From NCBI GenBank assembly GCA_024691015.1, contig JAILOD010000104.1:2525-66524 (forward strand): a DNA stretch of 64,000 nucleotides. The letters are read 5' to 3'. Every line of letters begins with the position of its first letter. Within the stretch, counting starts at the first letter, position 1. This document shows, piece by piece, positions 31,959 to 38,877 of the stretch. The stretch is from Lachnospiraceae bacterium (GTDB lineage Bacteria > Bacillota > Clostridia > Lachnospirales > Lachnospiraceae). Made by a program: the position numbers and the translations under genes. A model generated the notes under the pieces. It worked only from the letters and a program-made list of their open reading frames with translations. It made no database searches and had not been told where the DNA came from.

Positions 31959-32816
31959 ATGAGCCGGATGATTTTTGAATCACAAAAAATGCGGCTTTCG
32001 ACTGTAGTAACAAAATTCTGCAACGAGAACAATGACTGTTATGTCTGCAGAGATTTAAACTCCTCAAACGGAAGCCTGTATACGGTTATAATCGTACATC
32101 AGCATGATATAGTGAAAAACATCCTGGAAGTATTCAGGGTGGCAGACAAGGAAGCGAAGAACGAATGCCTCATAGACAGCTTTACGGTCTTCGGTGGACA
32201 TTGTCTTGTTTTTCCGTACAGAAAAGAACGCCCCCTGTCGGATTTTTACGCCGGGGATGCGTATAAGCTTTCTGTGTGTGAAGATATCTGTATAAGCACT
32301 ATCTTATCCTGCATCTCGTCAAAAATCCCATATCCGCTGCTTTACCTCATACTCTCGCAGGGAGAACTGAATCTTACCAGCGAGAATACCGTGTATTTAA
32401 GCTACGCTGTTGATATGAGTGAGCTTGATGCCGCAAGAGGAGAGAAGGAATGTACGGTAGAGTGTGCAAAGATCTTATTAAAGCTTCTTGAGTCAAAGGC
32501 TGATCAAAAGGCGATAAGCTATCAGCTTCTTGAGAAGAAGGTCGGGAATAAGAGCTACGACAGATTTACGGATCTTTACAGAGATATAACCATTGCAGCC
32601 GTGGGCGGCAGAAAAAGCAGTATTTTTACCAAGATCAAGGCATGGTTCAGAAACAACAGTGACAGGATTTTCGGAGTGTTGTTCTGGATATGTCTGATGT
32701 TGGGCATTTTTGCGTTGAGTATACTACTGTCAAGGCTGATACTCGGAAACGGCTCCTGGCTCAGGCTTTTGTTTAATAATTTCAAGATAATCGGAACAGA
32801 AAATCTGGCAAAATAA
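31959..32816 (+). CDS. Hypothetical tail-anchored membrane protein
   Basis: A ~235-aa soluble N-terminal domain is followed by a single C-terminal TM, 'IFGVLFWICLMLGIFALSILL'. ATG 31968 is an alternative start. Confidence 0.45.
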   Translation: MSRMIFESQKMRLSTVVTKFCNENNDCYVCRDLNSSNGSLYTVIIVHQHDIVKNILEVFRVADKEAKNECLIDSFTVFGGHCLVFPYRKERPLSDFYAGDAYKLSVCEDICISTILSCISSKIPYPLLYLILSQGELNLTSENTVYLSYAVDMSELDAARGEKECTVECAKILLKLLESKADQKAISYQLLEKKVGNKSYDRFTDLYRDITIAAVGGRKSSIFTKIKAWFRNNSDRIFGVLFWICLMLGIFALSILLSRLILGNGSWLRLLFNNFKIIGTENLAK

Positions 32817-32907
32817 TTATTATTCAGTGGCCCGGAGGACGACTGAACAGTAACGCAGAATAAACTTTTTATGACCGGGATAGTCCCGACGGAATGAGGA
32901 AATAAGG

Positions 32908-35433
32908 ATGACTAACAGAAGACGTGTTTACGCCATAATCTTCATAGTGAGCATTATTGTATCGGCTTTAATCTTTGCCCGTGTCATGAGCGAGATGATC
33001 CACAGTACGGAATATACGGCATATACCGACAGCATGGTTACAAGCGAGGGTGTTTTCTTCTCGGAGAACCTTAAAGGAGAAGGCCTGATATACAGGTTTA
33101 ATACCGATGGCAGAGTGAAGAACATTTTCAACACACAGTCAATGGATTGCGAAAAGGTTTACCGTCTCGGTGTATATGAAGGAAACCTGATGGCGATATT
33201 ATCAAAACAGGTTGAAGTTGTGGTTGAAGAGAACGGTTCGGCGATCAAGAAGCTCAAGGAAGAATACAGGATCGTTACTCTGGCAAACAAGCTTTCCGTT
33301 ATAAAGGAAACCTCCGGTTTTTATCTGGAAGAAGGCGAGATCGTAAAAGATATATCCTCCGAAAACGGAGATATCTTCATTACTGTTATAACATCGGACG
33401 GAAGTACCATAAAGATCTACAGTCTGAATGAATCGGAGCTTCTGGATCCGAAGGAGATAGAAAAGAAAGAGAATAAAAAGGAAAAAGAGAAAGAGGAAGG
33501 TTCTCAGAAAAACGCCAAGAAGTCTGAAAAGGAATCAAAGGGCTTTGTTGACACGGTAAGAATAAAGGGAAGCACCGAGGGGCGCTTCTATGTTGATGCA
33601 AAATATGCTGACGGAGAACTGACATACAGAACAGATGCCGATAAGCCGACCGGGGCTTTTGCCGAGGATGCCCGTGTTACGGATGTTATCTCAAAAATGA
33701 AGCTTTCCCCGCTTAAGGGCTTTGTTGTTTACGGACGCTATTTCCTTGTTTGGATCGCAGCTCTTGCGGTATGGCTCATTGCAGTTACTCTTATTGCAAG
33801 AAATCTCTTTAACAGAAACAGGTCCGTTTATGCGTTCACTATTTCAGAGGTGATCCTTGTGATCATAATGATCATATTCGTAAATTATCTTTCATACGAT
33901 CACGGAAAGACTTTGACGGAGCAGAACAATAAATATGCCGTTCTGTCACTTCAATCCTTAAGAAGTGACATAAGAGGCTTTGAGTCGCTCGACTATAAAG
34001 ACAAGGAATTTTACGATTCTTTTGATTATTACGTACTTCAGCAATTGCTTTCCGAATTTGTTACAAAGTCCGGTAATTCAAGCGTGTTCAAGGATGTTCT
34101 TATCGTACACATTCCGGATAATTATGCCTATGTTTCGGCAAGCGGCAGAAATATGGAGGATGTCGGATACACATACGGCAGTGAAGCCGGAAATGCAACA
34201 CTTTCCCTTCAAAACAATATTTCCAATTATGCCTGGGAGAACTTCTATATTAATGGAAATCCCTGTGTTGCCATTGGCGTAGCCGGTAACAGCTTTATGA
34301 GTGATTATGTTCTGATGGGTGTAATATCCGATGCCGGAGAGAACGAGAGACTTAAGTTCCTGACGACAAGTCCCCGTCTGATGCTTGTTTTCGTAATACT
34401 CTTTATTATAGGAACACTTCTTCTCTTCCTGATATACAGAGTCATAAATCTGGATCTCGCAGAGCTTCGAAACGGGTTAAACGATCTTGCTCTGGGACGT
34501 GCGATCAACCGGAACAGAAGAACCTATGGAAACGACATGGTTCATATGTGGAATTCCATTTCGGAAATAGAAAAGAGAGTTGAAGAGATCAATTATTCCA
34601 AGTATAAGATACTGGAGGCATATTTCAAATATGCACCCAAGAATATTGAACGTGTTCTGGCAAAGGATTCGATACTTGAGGTGAAGGAAGGTGAGAAGCT
34701 TGACAGAAAAGGCTCTCTTGTATTCATTTCCACGGGTCAGACCGAGTTGTCCTCGCATGACGGAGCTTCGGGGCTTAAGGATGTCATATCCGATATAGAG
34801 AGCTGTCAGGAAAATGAGAATTCCACACTTATAAGTTCGGATTCGTCGCTTTCAATGCTTGAAATGTTCTTCCTTGATGAGGAAAGAGGAGTAACCGAAT
34901 TCGGAACCAACCTTATTACGGATAATATGAAGCACAGAGGATATAAGCGGCTTTCGGCATTTATCTATTACGGAGGCTTCACCTACGGAACAGTGGGTAC
35001 GGAAGGCCAGCTTCTTACATACCTTGTAGGAGACAAGATGGATGAGATGCGTTCTTACGCAAAATTCTTCCGCGACCTGAATCTGCCGCTGGTAATCACC
35101 GAATATATTAAGAGAAGAGAAAATATCACATTACCCTTAAGACACATCGGTTATATACAGCCCGGTGAAGATACGGATAAGATCCAGCTTTACGAGGTAT
35201 TGGATGCTGTGGGCAGAGATGAACGTATAAACCGTATGAAGAGCGCTGAAAGATTTGAAGCAACACTTAATCTTTTCTATAAGAAGGATTTTTATTTTGC
35301 AAGAAACCAGTTCTCTGAATTGCTCAAGGAATATCCTACGGACGAACTTATAAGATGGTATCTCTTTGAGAGTGAGAAATATCTCAATGAGGAAGTTGAA
35401 AACGCAGACTTTGGTGAACTTCATTACAAGTAA
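32908..35433 (+). CDS. Polytopic membrane signalling protein: extracytoplasmic domains + HAMP-like linker + degenerate class III cyclase-homology domain + TPR-like tail
   Basis: Four TM helices bound two extracytoplasmic segments. 'LDLAELRNGLNDLALG' after the last TM is HAMP-like. 'GSLVFISTGQTEL ... AFIYYGGFTYGTVGTEGQLLTYLVGDKMDEMRSYA' aligns by eye with the cyclase core, but Asp in 'FxDixGFT' is replaced by Ser. Confidence 0.45.
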   Translation: MTNRRRVYAIIFIVSIIVSALIFARVMSEMIHSTEYTAYTDSMVTSEGVFFSENLKGEGLIYRFNTDGRVKNIFNTQSMDCEKVYRLGVYEGNLMAILSKQVEVVVEENGSAIKKLKEEYRIVTLANKLSVIKETSGFYLEEGEIVKDISSENGDIFITVITSDGSTIKIYSLNESELLDPKEIEKKENKKEKEKEEGSQKNAKKSEKESKGFVDTVRIKGSTEGRFYVDAKYADGELTYRTDADKPTGAFAEDARVTDVISKMKLSPLKGFVVYGRYFLVWIAALAVWLIAVTLIARNLFNRNRSVYAFTISEVILVIIMIIFVNYLSYDHGKTLTEQNNKYAVLSLQSLRSDIRGFESLDYKDKEFYDSFDYYVLQQLLSEFVTKSGNSSVFKDVLIVHIPDNYAYVSASGRNMEDVGYTYGSEAGNATLSLQNNISNYAWENFYINGNPCVAIGVAGNSFMSDYVLMGVISDAGENERLKFLTTSPRLMLVFVILFIIGTLLLFLIYRVINLDLAELRNGLNDLALGRAINRNRRTYGNDMVHMWNSISEIEKRVEEINYSKYKILEAYFKYAPKNIERVLAKDSILEVKEGEKLDRKGSLVFISTGQTELSSHDGASGLKDVISDIESCQENENSTLISSDSSLSMLEMFFLDEERGVTEFGTNLITDNMKHRGYKRLSAFIYYGGFTYGTVGTEGQLLTYLVGDKMDEMRSYAKFFRDLNLPLVITEYIKRRENITLPLRHIGYIQPGEDTDKIQLYEVLDAVGRDERINRMKSAERFEATLNLFYKKDFYFARNQFSELLKEYPTDELIRWYLFESEKYLNEEVENADFGELHYK

Positions 35434-35435
35434 GA

Positions 35436-35471
35436 TAAGTTATATAAGTTATATAAGTTATATAAGTTATA
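35436..35471. repeat. Tandem repeat, 4 perfect copies of 9-bp TAAGTTATA with degenerate flanking copies
   Basis: The sequence reads TAAGA (TAAGTTATA)x4 TAAGTAAGA TAAGTCAGG. It starts right after the stop codon at 35431-35433 and lies ~35 nt upstream of ATG 35507. Confidence 0.9.
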
Positions 35472-35506
35472 TAAGTAAGATAAGTCAGGTTTAAAAGGAA
35501 AAATAA

Positions 35507-36742
35507 ATGGGTGGAAGCGGAAATATCTTAAGTATTTTGCTGGAAACGATCAAATCCAGATTTGCGAGTATCGTTTCCAATCTAAAACTCTATACCAGCT
35601 GGGCATTCATAAAAGCCAGAATAATCATCAAGATAAGAGACTTCTTCTACAGTCTCCTGGATGTAAGACCTAAGAACAAAAATGATTATTTTCCGGTATT
35701 CGGATGGCTTGTAAGTAAGCGTCTGGCATATATGCTCGTGGTAGTTGTGGGAGTTATAAGTCTGTTTTATATTACTTCCGAAACCAAGCTTTTCTCAAGA
35801 TTCGGAACAAACGGCGGTATCAGAACCTACAAGTACGATTCTTTCAGGCTTCGTCTGGCAAATGAAAAGGTGCAGATCACCGGAAAAAGCGGGTATTTAG
35901 CTTACGAGGGAAATGTTAGCAAGGGCGCCGTACAGGGGGCCGGAACACTTTACAATCTCTCAGGAAATGTTGTTTATACAGGGAACTTTGAGAACAGTAA
36001 ATACGAGGGAGTCGGTACCTTAAACTATGGTAATGGAAATTTAAGATATAACGGTTCCTTCCATGAAAATCTTTTCAGCGGTACCGGAAATCTCTTCAGG
36101 GATGACGGGACTACGGAATATGTCGGAGAATTCTCGCAGGGACAGAAGAACGGCACCGGTGTATTGTATGACGGTGGTGGAAACGAGCTCTTCAACGGGA
36201 AATTTGCTTCTGATGAGATAGTATATGGAGAGCTTCTGGGCAAAACGGCCCCGGAAGTTGTTGCAATGTATAAAGGAAAAGAAGTCTTCTATACATACGA
36301 AGACAGCAATATCGTATATATGCCCGGGATAAATGCCATCTATGAAGCTGTCGGAGACGGCGAGGCAGTCGATGATTCCGCAAAGGTTCAGGCTGTATAT
36401 GTACTTCAGAATTCACTTCCCTACGGCAATAACCGTCTAAGAAAAATATCCGATATAGCATCGGTTATGGGAAATCCCATATACGAAGGAAATTCTAAGG
36501 TTGTTTTGCCTGAGGTTATAGCAATAAATACGTTAAACGAAACCGGAAATACTGAAAACTCACGTATAGAGATGGATGTCGAACCGATGTTTTCGGATGC
36601 GTTTACGGTAAACGGTTTTGATAACGAATATTCCGTATATATATACTCCTTCAAAAGAGGAGAGCAGATTTACAGCTTTGTCTGCAACGGACAGAGCGAC
36701 AACTTTGACTGTTATTACATTACAAAAGCCGGAGAAGCCTGA
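35507..36742 (+). CDS. MORN-repeat membrane protein
   Basis: One TM ('LAYMLVVVVGVISLFYI') is followed by 4-5 MORN-type repeats: 'YEGNVSKGAVQGAGTLY', 'YTGNFENSKYEGVGTLNY', 'YNGSFHENLFSGTGNLF' and 'YVGEFSQGQKNGTGVLY'. Confidence 0.7.
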   Translation: MGGSGNILSILLETIKSRFASIVSNLKLYTSWAFIKARIIIKIRDFFYSLLDVRPKNKNDYFPVFGWLVSKRLAYMLVVVVGVISLFYITSETKLFSRFGTNGGIRTYKYDSFRLRLANEKVQITGKSGYLAYEGNVSKGAVQGAGTLYNLSGNVVYTGNFENSKYEGVGTLNYGNGNLRYNGSFHENLFSGTGNLFRDDGTTEYVGEFSQGQKNGTGVLYDGGGNELFNGKFASDEIVYGELLGKTAPEVVAMYKGKEVFYTYEDSNIVYMPGINAIYEAVGDGEAVDDSAKVQAVYVLQNSLPYGNNRLRKISDIASVMGNPIYEGNSKVVLPEVIAINTLNETGNTENSRIEMDVEPMFSDAFTVNGFDNEYSVYIYSFKRGEQIYSFVCNGQSDNFDCYYITKAGEA

Positions 36743-36825
36743 TTGGCTTTTTGTAAAATGTATTCGTATATAAGTTATGACAGAATAGTGTATCAGTATT
36801 TGTGGAAACGGGAATACCTTAAATT

Positions 36826-38871
36826 ATGATAAAACACGGACTTGCAAAAAAGTTAATAATATGCGGTTTATCGTTTATCTGTATGATTTCCGGGTTTTCA
36901 ACTGTTCCGGTGACGGTTTATGCAAGAAATCAAAAGCTGGATATTAAGACCGCAAGACAGGTGGCTTTAGTTAACAGCGATAAATATGATGCGGCTGTTG
37001 ACAAGATAGATGCAAAGCAGGCGGCATACAACAGTAAGGTGAAATCGCTTTCCCTTAAGAAAACGAACCTTACCACTTTCCGTTGGTCACCTCTCTTAAG
37101 CTTTACATTTCCACAGCAGTTAAATGAGGCCCAGTCGGCGGAATTTGATTTTACGCCGGTATCACTTCAATACGATATTTCGGTAGCCGAGCACAAGGCA
37201 AAGGACACTATATTAACAGTCTATCAGGATGTAAACAATGTTTTTGTGGACATTGTAGCAGGGCAGAAAAAGATAGCCTTCAATGAAAGACGCCTTGAAT
37301 CGGTAGAGAGCAACCTTAAGAGAAATAAGGTAAAGCTTGCGGCAGGTACCGCAAACCAGGCCGACATCGATAAAATGGAAGCCAAGCAGAAATCACTTAC
37401 ATCAACCATTGCGGCGGACAGACGAACCCTGGAGGCCAATCTGAAAAAGCTCTCCAAGCTTATGGGAAAGGATATAAGCACCGGTTACGATTTCGCACCG
37501 CCCTATATCGACACAAAGCTCACCAGAGATCAGCTGGATCCGCTTATCCAGTATGCGATGGACAGAGATGAAACGGTATACGAAGCACGTATTGCAGAAG
37601 CTTCTAAGAAAATAGAGTTAAAGACCAATTACGATCTTTTCCAGAGAAAATACAGCGGTGATATAAATATTATTTCTTCTTATGTACAGGCAGCCTTAAA
37701 CGGCGGAGAAGTAGATAAGAAGGCATTCAAAAAAGCATATAAGGACTTTCTCAATAAGATAGACAGCTACTGGGAAGGAAAAAAGAGGATCCTCTTCTTT
37801 AAATTCCCCAGGCTTTGGTTTAAAGGGTCATTAGACGGTACCCGTTATATAGAAGATGATTCCGGAGTTGTACAGACACTTGTAAATGATATGGTAACGG
37901 CAATGAATGACAGAGAAGCGGCAGAGGACGATCTCACCACCGCGGTTACTGACGGCTTTAACAATTATGTTTCAGTCAAGAATTCATATCAGCAGTTTAA
38001 GACCGATCTGGACAAAGCAGAACAGAATCTGGATAAGTCATATATCAAGAACCAGCTCGGAGAAATGACCTTTGAGGAATATGACAGCGAGCTTCAGTCG
38101 TACGAGGATCTTCAGAACCAGTACCTGGATTCAATGAAGCTTTATACCAAGACTCTTCACGAGCTTGACAGAACCACCTGCGGAGGTGTCAGTGCTATTC
38201 TGGACGGAACCGATGCTGATATGCAAACCGCAAAAGAAGGTGAAAGCTATGTTGAAAAGAGCAAGACAAAGCTTCACTATACATTAAAGCCCATAATAGA
38301 GAAGTTTGAGTTTGAACTGACACTCAGTAAGCCTGAAGACTTCCCTATAGAGGTTACGGATTACGAGCTCTGGGCCGACAAGACACAGATAGGAGAGCGG
38401 ATGCCCTTCGATAAGTCATTGAGGCATCTGATGCTTACAACAACCGAAGCCGACAGGTTTTTCGTAAGACTTTACGACGGAGATAAATTCATAGACGACT
38501 GTGATTTTGATCCGGAAGTCGAGTCTGGGGATCTCGAGGTTATCAGCGATCTGGCCATAAAGAAGAATGAAGGCGAAGTAGTCGGAACTTATGAGATAGT
38601 ATCCAACGAAGAGACCGGATTTATGGATATAACACTCAAGCTTGACGATGAAAAGGTTAAGAAGTACCAGTTCACCGATGAGAATGGCAACAAGGTCGGA
38701 GCAAGTGCTCCTCTTGAGATAGAAAAGCCTCTCAGACACTTGGGTCTTGTGGAGACCGATCTCGGAACATTAACGGTTGAGTTCTTCGATGAAGGCGGAA
38801 CATCACTGTATAAGGCACGTCTGGATACGCAAAACGTCAAGGTAAAGAAACTTGTCGATGAAGAAGAGTAA
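36826..38871 (+). CDS. Secreted TolC/OEP-like coiled-coil protein with duplicated C-terminal beta-rich module
   Basis: It has a signal-peptide-like N-terminus ending 'VTVYA'. The N-terminal two-thirds has OEP-like helical repeats, for example 'SNLKRNKVKLAAGTANQADIDKMEAKQ'. The C-terminus has two ~95-aa units sharing 'K(S/P)LRHL'. Confidence 0.4.
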   Translation: MIKHGLAKKLIICGLSFICMISGFSTVPVTVYARNQKLDIKTARQVALVNSDKYDAAVDKIDAKQAAYNSKVKSLSLKKTNLTTFRWSPLLSFTFPQQLNEAQSAEFDFTPVSLQYDISVAEHKAKDTILTVYQDVNNVFVDIVAGQKKIAFNERRLESVESNLKRNKVKLAAGTANQADIDKMEAKQKSLTSTIAADRRTLEANLKKLSKLMGKDISTGYDFAPPYIDTKLTRDQLDPLIQYAMDRDETVYEARIAEASKKIELKTNYDLFQRKYSGDINIISSYVQAALNGGEVDKKAFKKAYKDFLNKIDSYWEGKKRILFFKFPRLWFKGSLDGTRYIEDDSGVVQTLVNDMVTAMNDREAAEDDLTTAVTDGFNNYVSVKNSYQQFKTDLDKAEQNLDKSYIKNQLGEMTFEEYDSELQSYEDLQNQYLDSMKLYTKTLHELDRTTCGGVSAILDGTDADMQTAKEGESYVEKSKTKLHYTLKPIIEKFEFELTLSKPEDFPIEVTDYELWADKTQIGERMPFDKSLRHLMLTTTEADRFFVRLYDGDKFIDDCDFDPEVESGDLEVISDLAIKKNEGEVVGTYEIVSNEETGFMDITLKLDDEKVKKYQFTDENGNKVGASAPLEIEKPLRHLGLVETDLGTLTVEFFDEGGTSLYKARLDTQNVKVKKLVDEEE

Positions 38872-38877
38872 GAGCTT

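Noticed and set aside
35436-35471. Possible CRISPR array.
   Set aside because: The unit is only 9 bp and strictly tandem with no spacers. No cas genes are nearby.
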